Source: the human T2T-CHM13v2.0 reference genome, Homo sapiens
Assembly (NCBI RefSeq): GCF_009914755.1
Contig: NC_060926.1
Strand: one strand, 5' to 3'
DNA: 64,000 bases
Notes under the pieces: model-generated
Seen by the model: only the letters and a program-made list of their open reading frames with translations
The model's database searches: none
What the model was told of the DNA's origin: nothing
Translations under genes and position numbers: made by a program
Shown: piece by piece, positions 1 through 14,359 of the stretch
Layout of the letters: the number at the start of each line of letters is the position of its first letter
Position numbering within the stretch: position 1 is the stretch's first letter

Positions 1-280
1 TCTAAAAAGTGGAGTAGGCTTTAGGCATGCTGCATTCAGAGGTTCAGTGGAGGTCTTAGCACTTTTTATCCATCTCTGGGCTCTTTTAGGTTTCAGTCTC
101 AGACAGGTTTTTCCTATGTGGCCTCCAGATGGCCACTGGCAGCCCTGAACCATGTGATTGGCAAAGATTATGATTCCATGGGCACAAGGAAAATCAATTG
201 GCTAGACTTGAGCCACATATCTGCTGCTATAGGTTGAGGTTTCAAGCCCAGTCCTACTCAAACCAAGTAGATTGAGCAGA
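1..280 (-). mobile_element. Old MaLR LTR fragment (MLT1J/K/L-like)
   Basis: Degenerate motifs (aggctttaggcatg..., tctcagacagg..., agatggccactggcagc, attggctagacttgagccacat) resemble old MLT1 LTRs; edges approximate. Confidence 0.5.
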
Positions 281-2699
281 ATTTTTTTGAGAGAGTGAGG
301 TGAGGGGTGGGAGTAGGCAATAAGAATGGCTTTTCAGTAAAACAGACAAACTATATAAGCCCACTATTCCTTCCAACCCACCCTTTCTTCCCCATTCATT
401 ATGAGATGCGAAACTGCCAAAATTCAGGCATGATAGGATTGGGAAATGTTAAAGACAGAGATTACTGAGCCAGGGAACTGGTGTGGCAGACATTTTTCAT
501 AAGGTGGCTTACTGCTAAGATCTTCAACAAAGGTTCAGCTACAACTTTGATTCTGAATTAGCTTGTCCTTTTCCTAATCTCAGTGAATCTAATCTTTGGA
601 ATCATTGTCCCAGAATTTTCCCACAGACTTTGCAATAACATGCTCGGATTTCTTAAGGCAGTTATGATTTTAAGTATTGTGTTCCACGGCCGCTTGTCAG
701 AACACAAAAGCCAACTGGGAGTTCAGAAAGTAAGAGGCATAAAGATTCCCTTCTTTGATTTTCATTTACCTCACTCAAGTCTTTGGTGGCCCCAGAAACA
801 CCACCCTCCCCATACGTGGGAGCTAGAAAGCAGAAATAGTGCAGAGATTGTCTGCTATGTAAATCAATGAGAGCGTGGGTGAATCTCCCATAAAGAAATA
901 GACCGAATGATGTTAAACTGAAAGGTAACGAGGGAGGAGGAATGATCATTTGTAAAGAGAAAAGTGTTGAAGTCTCTTTTGCCTGGCAAACATAAATACC
1001 CTAAAGAATAGAAAACTGTGGGTGGATGTGGGGCCTACTTAATGTGAATCCTACATCAGGCGTTTGTAGGTGATATAAAACTCTGATGTGCTGTAAAATT
1101 TATATCGCTCCCCAAAATGATGTACTGGTAGAACATATAAATTTTGCAGAAACTGTTAAAGCTGTCATAAAACCTCATTACTACAGATACAGTATGTGTT
1201 TCAGAAATACACACCAAAGCAGAGATTTGTAATCATTTCAGTGTGGTTCATAAAAAGAAGCACATTGTGTTTCAACATCCAAGACACTGCAAAGATTCCC
1301 TACCTCCAAAGGCCTGTTTTATCTTACTTTGCATACTTAAAAAAGAGACAAGCAGAGACAAATAAACAGCCTAAATATTTAAACGCATGCATTTCCTTAT
1401 ATGCCCAGTTTGTTAGAAAGGTGGGAGTAAATGATTATTTTATTACCAAGTTCACATAGAGTTGTTGGCTCCGTTTAATAATAGTCAATCTTGTTCAGGC
1501 TGAACAAACTGGTCCCTGTTGGGGGGAAAGGCAGCAATAAATCAATACCCCAGATGTAATCTTGGTGTCTAAAATGCAGAGAGAGATTTTGGTGTATAAT
1601 GGCACTGGTTTGTCTATTGTCATTCAGACACAAGCTGCATCAGAAAAGGGCTTGTGGGAACCTGATAAGAGGTGGTCAAAAGTGGGCCATAAATCACAGA
1701 GAGGCAGTATTCTGCTGATTTCATACACACACACTTTCTGGGGGGATGAAGTGATATATCTGCAATTTACTGCTTATCAAATTTGCTAGAAGTTTCATAA
1801 TACAAAAGCCTGACTTTCAGTGAATAAACACCATGGTTGACTACGAGCTTCTGCTGAGTAAGTATGGCACTCCAGCCATCTAGCTGGGAAAGCCTTTTGA
1901 TGACCTATTTAACAAACTCCCTTTGATTGTGAGCCATGCAGTAGAGAGTTTTACTCATGAGCACCTCCTTGAACAAGGAGCCAATGGTATTTATTGAAAG
2001 AAACTGGATACTTCATTCTAGGAGAACTAATGGACTGAAGGAATCATATGGATTCCACACTTGTTCAACACTTGTTAGCATTCTGCAGATCACTGGACCA
2101 CAACATCTTCTCACATAACTGGAAATAAGAGGGGTAAGGAACCAAGGAAGTGGCTGCAGCTTAGGGAAGGGAATGCAACTTTTGCAGGCAAAGAAGTAAC
2201 CACCCAAAGAAGAAGAACAAACATGAGCGCATGCTTTCAGTCCATTGTGCATTAACCTAGAAGTTGGAATACTTTTGTCTCATATTTCTTCCAGGAAAAA
2301 ATTTGAAAGCACTGAGCATTTTTTGAATGCAGCACTTTCAAAACTTACTGATATGTGATCCTAGATTTAATATAGAATGCTTCATCTATACTTAAAAGTG
2401 CATCTAAAAATAATACATCTTTATAATTTCACGGTGTTTAAGGTAAGTCTGTGGCTTAAAAACATCTCCACATTCTCTTCTCACTCCCAGATTGAGTGAA
2501 TCTACATGTTCCTTAATATAGTCTTTCCCTAGTTAAATGTTTTCAGAGTGGATTCACATTTTAAAATAAGTAAATTTATGCTTAAAAATTATTTACTAAC
2601 TAAAAGGAGATACCATAAAATATGCTTTTTCAAGCTTTGATTTTTGATTTAAAACTGAGTTTTTAAAATGTCTTGTAATTGTGCAAATAAAAAAATAAT

Positions 2700-2930
2700 T
2701 TACTTATCTTTAACATAAATGTTATATAGTTCTATGTATCAGACACTCTTCTAGGTGGTAGAGGTCAGTAGTAAACCAGACAGAAACAATCCGTGTCCTC
2801 ATGGAGCTTACAATTTAGTAGAGGAATATAGAAAATAACAATGACATAACTAAAGCATGTATATTAAGAAAATAAATACTAGTAAGAACATAAGCAGAGA
2901 AGGTGTCTAGAGAGCACTGGGGTGAGAGTG
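2700..2930 (-). mobile_element. L2 3'-end fragment
   Basis: tatgtatcagacactcttctagg...cagtagtaaaccagacag...cctcatggagcttacaatttagt is the typical antisense L2 tail. Confidence 0.7.
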
Positions 2931-3499
2931 GGAGTGGTAGTGGCATATATATTATTTAAATTTTAGATACTCTCCATTAACCAGGAGTTTTAAATTCCTC
3001 CCTCATGAACGCTTTACTCATGATAATATCTAGCACTAGAAGTGATCCATTTGAAGCTCATCTTCTTCTTGTGCCCTTTTCTACCCATACATAGAAGAGC
3101 CATGGAAAGGCCAACAAGGCAAGAAAATGAAGGCTATGCTGTTGGATGCCCAGGTCAGCTATTTCACTAACCATCATAGCACCTTTTAAAGACCAACTTG
3201 ATAATTGGGTGCATACAAAATATTAGTACTACTACTACATGCACATCAGTTACTTAGAGTCTCAAAGGGTATAAGATGTTCCATATAACAGGTTTTCTGT
3301 ATGATTTTTTTTCCTTAGCTTCTTGGCAAAAGTAGAAAGATTTGGGTTGTATTCTTAATTTAGCCAATCTGGATTTTGTTCCATCTTCCTCTATCTGGGG
3401 AAGCATTGAATAATGCCTCTGGGTATAGAATCTTTTGAAAGACTACTTTGTACTTTATGACCACATATGCTTTTTATTCAACTCTCTAGAAGGAATTTT

Positions 3500-3915
3500 A
3501 ATAAGTATGATGCTTTGGCTGAAGTAGCACAAACCAACTCCCCATAGCTTAAATAAGGATTTTCAAGGGCTCACATAATTGAAAGTCCAGAATTGGGTTG
3601 GGTATCAGGTGAAATGCCTTCTTCCTCCAATTCTCCTCTATTTTCTCAGTTCCCACCTTCCTCCCTGTGTTGGTTTTGTCTTGTGGTCTTAAGATGATCA
3701 CTGCCACGAAAGGCTAAGATGAAGAAAAGGAGAGAGAGAGAGATGCACAGAGATTTCTCTTGGATTTCTTTTAAGCATGCAGAATTTTCTTTCTCAAATG
3801 CTACTGGAAGACTAACTTACCGGCCAAAGTTATCTTAATTCAGACCACCTCTCAATCAATTGCAAGCAGAAACATTGGATAATTGGCTTAGACTGAACAG
3901 AGCCCATCTCTTGAC
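3500..3915 (-). mobile_element. Old MaLR LTR (MLT1K/L-like)
   Basis: gatgctttggctgaagtagcacaaaccaactc...agcttaaataagg...gctcacataattgaaagtcca matches the antisense MLT1 terminus. Confidence 0.6.
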
Positions 3916-3994
3916 GGGGACCTTGGCTTAATCATCTTTGTAGGTGACTCAGGGCTAAACACTATGGTTTGCCCATAGTGGATACTCAACTATT

Positions 3995-4150
3995 TAATTT
4001 ATTCATTTATGCAAAGTAATATCAAACACCTATACTGTTACAGTTCTTAACACTAGGGATTTATCAGTGAAAACCAAAAAGCTCCTATTCTCATGGAACT
4101 TGAAACCTAGTAAGACAATATACAATAAATAAATAAATCAGGTGATAAGT
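3995..4150 (-). mobile_element. L2 3'-end fragment
   Basis: attcatttat...acacctatactg...cactagggatttatcagtgaa...ctcatggaacttg. Confidence 0.6.
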
Positions 4151-4569
4151 ACATTATTAAACCTATTGATTCAAAAAATATTACTCAATTCAGAGAAATG
4201 AGCAATCAGTGGTAGGTTTTCTAGTGTCCTCCTAAGCCAGATATGAGTTGAACACCTCTCTTGTTCTAGGGCCACAGCTGATATATAGGAGACCACCAAG
4301 AAACACAGAACAAGATACTATGGAACCATGTTCAAATCACCACACTTCTGGTTTCATGATCTTATTACTTAGACCTATTTGGCCATCACCTACACTTGTG
4401 AATTCAGAGTCCTGATGGCTTTGTATTTTGTAATTCCTCCTTGATAACCTGTTGTTCTCTAAGCGTTTCCTTGTCTGTGGGGACTCCTCATCCAATGCTG
4501 GCTCAACTGACTGATAACTGGGGACCACTTTCTAGTTCTCCCAGAACTGATGTTATGACCATACTAGGT

Positions 4570-4750
4570 GATCTGCTCCTTAATCTGACAGCAGTCTTGG
4601 GAGGTTTGTAGCATCATAATTGTTTTGAAGAATTGGGGAACCTGAGCCCATGTGAGTCAAATGACTTGTTCAGTATTATACAGCTACAAAATCTCAGGAA
4701 CATGATTCAATGCCAAGACCTCTTGAGCAAATCAAATATGAAATACTGCC
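4570..4750 (-). mobile_element. MIR
   Basis: Core-like ggaacctgagccca...aaatgacttgttcag...acagcta. Confidence 0.55.
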
Positions 4751-4799
4751 CTGTTTGTGAATGTTTCTTATCATGTTCAATATTTCTTATCATATTAAA

Positions 4800-4940
4800 G
4801 TATGTCTCTCTTAAGACTGTAGAAACCGTGTAATATACACCTCCTTTCTTCCCCACACTTCTGGTACCTAACAGTATTCTGAGAGTAAAGCAAAATCTGC
4901 TAAATTGGTAAAAAATATTTTGATTGATAAATGATTGACT
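4800..4940 (+). mobile_element. L2 3'-end fragment
   Basis: taagactgtag...ggtacctaacagt... ending in a tgattga-type tail. Confidence 0.4.
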
Positions 4941-7854
4941 TCAGAGGATGTTTTACCCATGTGAAAACAACACGGTGGTAACCATGGAATGATATTTTTC
5001 AAAAAGAAAAGTAAACAATTAGCTTTAACTAGCTGACAGCAAAGATGTTCAAATAATAAATGAATTTACTCTGATGGTTATGTAGATAAATATTAATGTG
5101 GTCTGGAAACATTTCCATAAGTTACATGGACATGAGTTAGCTCTAACAATGATACTGTAGAAGCATTAAGGCCTTTAAAAATAGTGATTAGGGAACAACA
5201 TGGATCATCATTTTAAAATAACTCTTCTTCATGGCTTAAAGTACAACTGTTACCAACAATCATAACAATTCAAGTTTATGGTCATAGAGTGAGTGCACTG
5301 GCAGTTGCTGGACTGCCTGGCTCTCACATGGGACACAGCAACTATCAATCTGCCTCTACCATTCAAATAACGTACGCCCACCACAAGTGCCTCTCAGAAT
5401 TCACACCACCCATGAACAGTCATTAACTTGGATGACCAGCACCCTGCTCAACCAAAATTAAAAAACAAAATATTTAGTATACTTCAGTATGATTTAGTAC
5501 CTACAAACATGGTGGTCATAAATCAGGAGAATTTCCCCAAGAGGTAAGACATAAATCTTCCAGCTCCCTTTTAGAAATCAAAACAGCTCATGCTATGGCC
5601 CAAACTGTCATGGGATCATGAAATTGTAGTGCTATGGGAACCTGGAACAGTGTGTGCACCCATTTCTGTCCTCTTTTAAGAGGTCCCCTTTCAACAAGTA
5701 CAGACACAGGAAAGACATGTTAGAGATCTCCAAAGAAGGAGTTTTTAGCAGTTTATTTGGTTTCTTTAATTTACAAAATGCAATTAAATATTATATACAT
5801 GTTCTCATGTACAGGTCCTCTTCCAACAATTAACATAAAACTGTTTTTAGTGACTCTTAGGTGTACAGCTGCTGACACAAATGGAACTTGAACCGCAGAG
5901 TGACTGAAACAATAAATTATTTCTTGCTCAAATAACAGTCAAGGCAGATGTTTCTCATTGATGGTGGTGATTTTCCTCCATCTGAAGAAACACATGGTGG
6001 CTCACTAACCAGGCTGACTGGGGCTCTTTCACCTTCAACACAAGTTCTTTTTCATTCTAGTCACCCAGAAGGGCTTAGACCAGTGTGTGGAAGATTTTCA
6101 AGGAACATGTCTGGAAGTGATTTCTGTTACTTCCACTTGGGTGCCATTGCTTAGACTCTGTCCTGTGGTGAATGTAGCTGCAAGGGAGGCTGGGAAGCAT
6201 GGTTGTGGCTGTGTTCTCAGAAAGAAAAGAAGACTATGCACAGGTGGCCATCCCTATCTCAGTGTCCTTTCCTCTACAGAAACTTTTCCCTGAATTATCT
6301 GCATTTTGTGTCTCATTTCCCTCTAATTATTCCCAAGTGCTTATCTGTGTTTTCATTTTGGCACAAATTTTTATTCTACAAAGTTAAGATTCAGCAGTAA
6401 AGACAAAAGGGCAGGGAGGGAACTTACTCTGATATATTTCTTTCTCAGCTGATGCCTAGAACTGTGCTCTAACCTTTACTTTGACTTAAAGCAGATGACT
6501 ACTTCAATTGATTTGAAACAGAAACAAACACATCTTCATAGTGATCACCCATCATTTACAGGAATATTACTAAATTGGCTTTTAGTCTTCTCCTCTTCTC
6601 ACTGCATACAAGTACTCTTCTCTCAAAAGCCTTACTTCCAACCGAATAACTATCTCCATAGATTACCTCTGAGTATTCCATGGCCTCCAAACTAAAACAA
6701 ACCAATACATTTACTCCTCTTCAGCAATATTCATCATCATCATAAAAACACATAGACGATATTTCTGGAAATTCATTCTCTGTATGCTGAATGTTTCCCA
6801 AGTTTGCTTATAAAAGTTCTCATAAAATCTCTGTTTATCTCATTATGTCTTTTATCAGTATGACAGAGAACAAATCTAGGTTCCATATCTGAGAATAAGT
6901 GAGAAGGTGTGATAGATTTCCAAAAGAAATCAGTGTGCCTTGGTCCCCTTTAGACCCTAGAGACCATAGGCCCAACCAGGAACTTGAGCTACCCCTCTAA
7001 GGGACCCCATGAAGACTCAGCCAGAGTGAACTATAAGCTAAAGAAGTTGATGGCAGGACACCATAAAACCATATTTGAATGTTGCTCCAATTACCCTGGA
7101 AGCTGTCTTGGGTGCAACACATTCACTCAATGGAGTGCCTCTGTATTTTATGTACTTTTCTGCCTACAGTCACTTATGTTAGGGAGGAAATTTTCCCCAT
7201 CCAAAACTTTAACATTCATCAAAAAATTAAGAATCATTATTCCAGGCATTTTTTGAGGGCTTCATTTTATTCCACCATTTCTGAGTGAGTAGAAAGCATT
7301 TTCTGAAAGTTTTCCTACCCTATTTGTCACTTACCAACACTTCACCACTCTTCATTTTCTTTCTCTTTGTCTGCTGAATTTCTTTCTTCTCCCTCTAATG
7401 TATGGGGGCTAGAATTGGTCCAGGGAAGGGAAGAGAAAGAGAAACCTTAAAGTGTTTCATTCCCAATTCTTCGCTTTCCCCTGTACCTCACCTGTACTGT
7501 GAAACTGGCCACGGGGAGATGTTGGCCTTCTCCCTGTCATCTTCCCTTGCTCTCCAAATTCGTGCTGCCATCTGCACGAATGGATCCCACATAGATTTTA
7601 TCCTATAAAACTACAAGATCTCCAACTGTCAGTAAATATGTTATCAAGGGGTTGCTAACTGCTGGAAATTTATGTTAAATAGTACCAATCTCCCCCTCCT
7701 TTATAGAACAGTTGCCTGCCAGACTTCTAAACTTAAGGAATTCATGAATTAAGATATATATTCATGCTGAGAACAGCATACTCTTAAGGTTACAATACTT
7801 ACCAATCCTACTCTATCATCATAATTTGATTATCTCATTCTTAACACTGCTAAG

Positions 7855-8335
7855 AGTCAGTATGGTGTTGAGGTGGAAGTAAATGGTTTTTATTTTTGCA
7901 TCAGAGAACCCTAAGTTTCAATCCAGATTGCAACTTAATGACAATATAACTTTAGGCGAATTGTATATCCCCTCTGAATCTCAGTTTCTACATTTGTAAA
8001 TTGAGGATAATAATTCCTACATTGTTGTTATTACTTATAAGTAGGAGCTAAATATGTGAACACGTGGACACAAAGGAGGGACAACAGACACTGGTGCCTA
8101 CACGAGAGTGGACGGTGGGAAGAGGAAGAGGGGTGGAAAATACAACTATTGGGTACTAGGCTTAGTACCTGGGTGACAAAATAATCTGTATAACAAATGC
8201 ACGTGATACAAGTTTACCTGTATAAAAAACCTGCACATGTACCCCTGAACCTAAAAGTTAAAACAATAATAAAAATTCCTGTATTATAAGGATTGTTGAT
8301 TAAATGACAGAGAGTGCATGCCGTGCTCAGCATTT
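7855..8335 (+). mobile_element. MIR interrupted by an L1PA 3' end
   Basis: ctctgaatctcagtttctacatttgtaaattgaggataataa MIR core; resumes after 8275 (aggattgttgattaaatgac). Confidence 0.75.
8030..8273 (+). mobile_element. 5'-truncated old L1PA (L1PA15/16-like) 3' end
   Basis: aactattgggtactaggcttagtacctgggtgacaaaataatctgta...acctgcacatgtacccctgaacctaaaa plus A-rich tail; degenerate TSD aattcctacatt/aattcctgtatt. Confidence 0.85.
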
Positions 8336-8410
8336 TAAAGAGACTCAGAACTTTTCCTGGCACTAAGGACATCTTTAGGGCAGTAATCTTGTATCTGATC
8401 TCTGTATTAA

Positions 8411-8443
8411 TAAATGAATGAATGAATGAGTGAATGAATGAAT
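8411..8443 (+). repeat. (TGAA)n, probably an L2 tail
   Basis: taaatgaatgaatgaatgagtgaatgaatgaat. Confidence 0.7.
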
Positions 8444-10291
8444 TGATCTAGTTAGTGTTCAAAAAATTTTTTAAGTTTAATCCATAACAGATAAGCATGG
8501 CATGTCAGTTATGCATTGTGCATTGTGTAGCCTTAAGGCAGACAGACACTATCAGCTAAATGAAGCAAACTTTGAGTTAAGATAAGAAAAGTCACAAAAT
8601 ATACAATCCATTGCCCAAACCATGCTTCAAAACTATTTGTTGAATGACAGCTGTTTCTGCAAACACCAGAGTCTAACTCCCCAGTGAAAGAGAGAATGAA
8701 TGCTTTAAATATTGCTTTGTACACTCCCCTCTTTGATCCTGTAGTATAAGGATACAAAAAAAGATATCCAGATGGATTACCATAAAAGTCTAGAAAAAAT
8801 GCACTCCACCTCATCCCCATAACCCCCATAAAATTACCTAGAATATCAGGTCAGAAACTCTAAGGTAATTGGAAGCTGTTTAGAACAAACTGAAACATTC
8901 TAACCAAGAATTCTGATCATTAGAAATTGATTTCTTAGCATTAGTTGAACCTGTATCTCAGGATGAGGAAGATAAGACTGCTTCCAGAGTTTCCCACCGC
9001 CTGTATTTCTATTTTGTATATCATAATCTGAGTGTAGAATACTTTTAATCATATATTGAATAACAATATGTTTTCTGACAGATATAATTTGTTCTTTTAT
9101 GTAAGTGTTTTGAGGACGCTTTCAATATTCTGACCTATGATTTCATTCTATTCAGGGACAGATACTCTTCCTACAGACTGAATCTCTGACCTTTACAGTG
9201 GAATTGAACAGTGTCATAGGATTCACTTAACAAAAGTGTTGCTGCAACACAAGCTTTAATGGAACCTTTCACTGAACGAGGGACACCTGTTTTAATGTTG
9301 TCTTGATTCTATTTGCTGATAGAAATGGAAGTAACAAAGATACAATAACTATGTCTGTACACAAATGAAACCAAGCCATTTCTCTTCAATGGAGACAGTC
9401 ATAAAATGAAGGCAAAATTGAAACATTTCACCTTTTACTTTTCGGTAAAATTCTCCCCATACTTATGAAGACAACATTTCAATATTCTGCCAAAACTTAC
9501 AATGGAGTCCATTCTCATCCCCTAATTAACCCCTCTTAAAGTCTTCCAGCATTCTTGAAGTCTCTGGAGCCGTGCTACTGCTTCCAAGTAGCTAATGTGC
9601 TGTTATTTTACAACACTCTGCCAGAGTTGCTTTTGCTCAAACAAGAATCCTACTGGCTTTACCATTTGGCTGCCTGTAGTATGTAAAAAGAAAAAAAAAC
9701 CATAAACCAGATGGCGGAAATACAGAGTAATCTGTTTGGGAAGCCCAGGTTATAAATATGTGCATGTTGGGAAAGGGCAAAAAGTTGAGGTAAAGCAGCT
9801 GATGCAGCTTGCAGGCTAAGCTCCAGTCATGACCATTTTTAGACTAGTGCACTAAGAGATGTCTATATATTTATTTTCTATTATATTTTCCCTCTCCTGC
9901 TCAGGAAAAATCCACTGGGGTTAACTGTGGATACTTTCCCACACTGGAAACCAAACTGAATCCTGACTTGGAAGGTTTAGCCAATGTTTTATCTGCATAA
10001 AGACATATTCTTCTGCTGGGATGGGAAGGGGGGCAGTGAGGTGTTGGGACTGGGGCACATCATACAGTTACTCAACCTGCTCCTTCCTTCACCATTCCCC
10101 AATATATATAAGGATCTCTCCTTATCCCAACATCTACATCCAAGTGAACTAAGGTTAAAGTGAAAATAAAAGTTAAGCTTGAATGAACAGATGCTCTAAA
10201 TCAGAGCTTGTGTGTGTGTTGGGGGCTGGGGAATGGGTAGGAGGGAGATGCAGTTAAGTAAGGAAGAATGAACCTTTACCTTTGTGCACAC

Positions 10292-10301
10292 TTCTCTCTC
10301 T

Positions 10302-10343
<42 letters not shown>
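10292..10343. repeat. (CT)n(GT)n compound microsatellite
   Basis: Seen directly. Confidence 0.97.
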
Positions 10344-10345
<2 letters not shown>

Positions 10346-11763
10346 AGGAGACCATTGCATTCATATGAATAGCAAGATCTTTCATGCTCCAGCTGTTGAA
10401 TCACATCATTCTCTGCTTCTATGGTCTTCAAGAGTTGCAACCTGGCCACCATTGATTAGCTCAGGCTATAAAAAGATTCTCTTCAGTGATTGTACTGTTG
10501 TGCCTATGTGGTGTGCTTTTTAGGTACAGTAGACAGACAGTTAAATGGATGTGGCCTGCCTCCTTGAGATTCGTGCACTAGAACTAGCACCAACATTGCA
10601 GTCAGACCTTCTAAAAATCTACAAGCAACTGCACACCTTAGAACCCTGCCCTTACCACTCTAAGGAAGAAGCTTGAACACACTGTGCCGTAACTGTAGCA
10701 CTCTCAGGCATATAGCCCACTGGGGGAAATGTTGATGACTCCGATCATTTCAGTTCTTCTCCAAGGGTTCCTGGGATCTCTCCCAAGCACTCTCAAAGAC
10801 CTCTTCAGAATTCCCTTAGCTGCTTCCTGGGGCTTTCCTCTCCTCTCTTCTCATTACTCCTGACCTCCGCCACTGCCTGATGCTAGTGGCTACAGCTACA
10901 TTCCCATTTTTCTCTCATGACCTCAGCCATGCTGGTATAATCTCACCGGGTCTGCTCCCACAGCTGCTGCGTGAAGGTGAGGAGAGAATTCTCTTCCCAC
11001 TGGCTTTATTCTTTATTGTTAAAGCACAAATGAGAGAGCCATGTGCTTTCAGACTCTTCCAGCACTCCTTTAATTGTTTCTATCTTTCAGCTTTTTGTGC
11101 TTTCCTCCTCTTCTTGGGGTTAATCACAAATGCTGAAGAGGTGCATTGGGACAGAATTCAAGGGTCAAGGCCAGGGTTACAGCTGTGGCCATTATCAGCC
11201 CTCTTATTTGAGCCTCCCACTAGGGTCCAATGGCCTCCACCTTCCCACCAGACAGGGTGTCCAGGGAGTGCTTATACGGTTTGCAGGACTCTTCCCTGGG
11301 AGTAGCCATAAGCTCAAAGAGCCTTTTCAAAAAGTTCTTTGTCCTCTGACATGCTCAGTTTTCAATGATCTTATAGTTTAAGCTGATGTTCTTGCATTCT
11401 TTCAATGTAAATACTCCTTACAGATGTTCCATGTTATTGTTGAGGGTTCACTGTGATTAAGAGACAGTCAGCCCTGCATAAAGTTACAGTACAAATTAAT
11501 TATTTATGTTGGTAAATAATAAATGTTTATTCACATTAACTTTAAAAAATGGGGTATTGTCGTAACTTTAAAGTGTTTACAAAGACCAACTGTCTAAAAT
11601 ATCAAAAAAAAAAGAATAAAGTCAACGAGCAGCCTTTTAAGTTCTTAGGAGACTCTCCATAATCCTCTTAAAAACTTAAACAGGTACTCAAGACCCACAG
11701 CCATTTGGTGCTGGGTTCTTCTGCCTCTTGAATTATCTCAGCAAGATGAGCTCTTGCTCACCT

Positions 11764-12188
11764 TGGCTGAACTGTGTTCACCCAAAATTAATATGTTGAA
11801 GCTTTAACCCTTAATGTAACTGTATTTGGAGGTAGGACCTTTAAGAGGTAGTTAAGGTTAAATGCAGCCATGAGGGTGGGATCCCGAGCCAATAGAATTA
11901 GTCTCTTATAAGAAACACCAGAGGAGACTTCCTCTCCCCCCCCTCCCCTCCCCTCCCCTCTTCCCATCTCCCTCTCCTTCTCTCTCTGCTCTGAGAGCCA
12001 CAGAGGAAAGGCCATGTGAGGTCTCAGCAAGAAGGCCACAGTCTACAAACCAGAAAGGCAGCCCTTACCAGAGACCAACCCTGCCAGACCTTGATCATGG
12101 ACTCCTAGCCTCCAGAACTGTGAGAAAATTAATTTCTGTTGTTTAAGTCTATGGTATTTCATTTTGGTAGCTCGAGGAGATGAATACA
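11764..12188 (+). mobile_element. MLT1A-family MaLR solo LTR
   Basis: cccaaaattaatatgttgaagc...tgtatttggag...ggactcctagcctccagaactgtgagaaaattaatttctgttgtttaag...aataca; internal (CCCCT)n tract. Confidence 0.9.
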
Positions 12189-12351
12189 AGCCCATCAGTA
12201 TGTATCTAGTGTCTGCTTCAAACAGGCTAAACAAATCTACATTTCTTCCTTTGAAGGAAGAGAAGCACAAAATCACATTCCAAGCTATCTTCATAAAAAG
12301 CAGCTGAAGAAAGGTAGCATGGGTGAGGTGGGGTATAAAAGACATTTAATG

Positions 12352-12658
<307 letters not shown>

Positions 12659-13017
12659 TTAATGTAAAGCCCTAATCAGAGGCAACGTGTAAAAGCAGAG
12701 AAAGCCAGATATCTTGGAGTAGGGAGAAAAAAAGGTAATTTATCAAGCCCCATAAATGTTCATTTTAGAGCCAAATGCAAGTCTTTTTTGTCTGAGAACT
12801 ATTTCTTGTTTACAGAATGAAGTCTGCCCTATCTTGCAGTTCATTTATAGCTACAGATTTGGGAACTGTAGGAGAATTTTCAAGGCAGGCTTTTTCTACT
12901 TTTCTTGCAAGTCTTTCCACCCTAGTTTAAAAGAACACAGAAGTCTTTCAGGCCTTTACCCATGTAAGAACAGAAGAATCTCTTTGGTAAAGAATTGGGT
13001 AATTGTCTCTGTTATAT

Positions 13018-13132
13018 CTCCGGTGTTTCTTATAAGAGACTAATTCTATTGGCTCAGGATCCCACCCTCATGGCTGCATTTAACCTTAATTACCCCTTAA
13101 AGGTCCTCCCTCCAAATACAGTTACATTAAGG
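13018..13132 (-). repeat. Inverted copy of 11809-11923 (MLT1A internal segment)
   Basis: Manual reverse-complement alignment gives 110/115 identical, ungapped. Confidence 0.95.
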
Positions 13133-13229
13133 TCCTTTGCCATCATGTTTCATGCCTGGATTCTTCAGTCTTTGTAGGACAGTCCCTTCCCTGTGTGGAA
13201 AGCCATATATACTATTTTATTTGTGTAAC

Positions 13230-14350
13230 TTTATCTTTCCATATGTAGATAAATTACAAATCTGTGTTTTCATCTCCATTCTTCTAAGTTTAAGCTTCAT
13301 AAGTCCAAGAGTTTCCTAGATATTTCTAATAGACTATCACATGTTAGCCATCTCACACATCCCATGTCCAAAATGGAAATCATATGTTTTCCCCCGAATT
13401 GTTCCATCTCATGTATTCTAAGACTATTTGATGACTCATCTGTCCCTCAGTCTCGCAGGCTAGATAGAATTCTCCAGGACACCTTCAACACGTCTCACTT
13501 CTTGGCTGTGTTCAGCCCTATGCCCTACAGTCTACTCAGTCACCAAATACTTCACATATGTACCTCAAAACTTTGCTATCCATGCTCTCTCACCATCACT
13601 GCCGCTGCCTTAGCCCAAGTTTTCTTAATTTATTGCCTGGATTCCCCACAACCTTCTAGTTTATCTCCCAGCCTCAATGCAACTGTGACTAGTGCTTCCC
13701 TACTTAGACTTATATTTCACTTGAGTTCCCATTGGCTTTTATCACAAGCTTTCTCCTGAAATTATTGTTATCACAGTCACCTGTTATCTTTAAATATGAA
13801 ATCTAATTAATTCTTCTCAGACCTCATTATCATGGTTCCCTTTAGCATTTGATGTTGTTGTCTGTTCTTTTCATCAAAGCGACTGCACCCAGATCTTGGA
13901 CCTATTTTCCCCGGTTATTTTTCTACCTTATTATTTTTTCCCATCTCCTCTGTCGGTTCTTCTTCCTCTGCTCACCCTTTAAACTCTGGAGCTCTGGAGA
14001 GCTCTGTGGTCTTCTCTTTCTGTTTCACATGCTTCCCCAGGTGATCTTTTCTTCCACAGTTTCTGCTGCCCCTGGTAGTCCTCTTGATCTGGGTCTTTCC
14101 CTGAGTTGCACACGGTATTTTAAACTTCTAAATGAAAGCTGCAGTTTGATGATGTCTCACAGAAACTCAAATCACAATGCTACAAACTAAACCCCATATC
14201 TGTTTCCCTCAATCTTCTTTACCTTAACTATTTCTTACCAAGAATTCTTGTTACCAACCCAGCTATACAAAGCAGACACTCACTCATTAAACTTTTTAAT
14301 AGAGTCTATTGCCTAAAAAAAGAAAAGTTCAAATTCTTTAGTATGAGTGT
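13230..14350 (+). mobile_element. L2 fragments (ORF2 3' region, at least two pieces)
   Basis: caaatctgtg...catgtccaaaatggaaatcat...; gcatttgatgttgttg...; tctcacagaaactcaaatcacaatg. Confidence 0.7.
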
Positions 14351-14359
14351 ATCTGGCAC

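Noticed and set aside
118-140. CTCF-like motif cctccagatggcc
   Set aside because: Single imperfect match inside an old LTR; not supportable without ChIP data.
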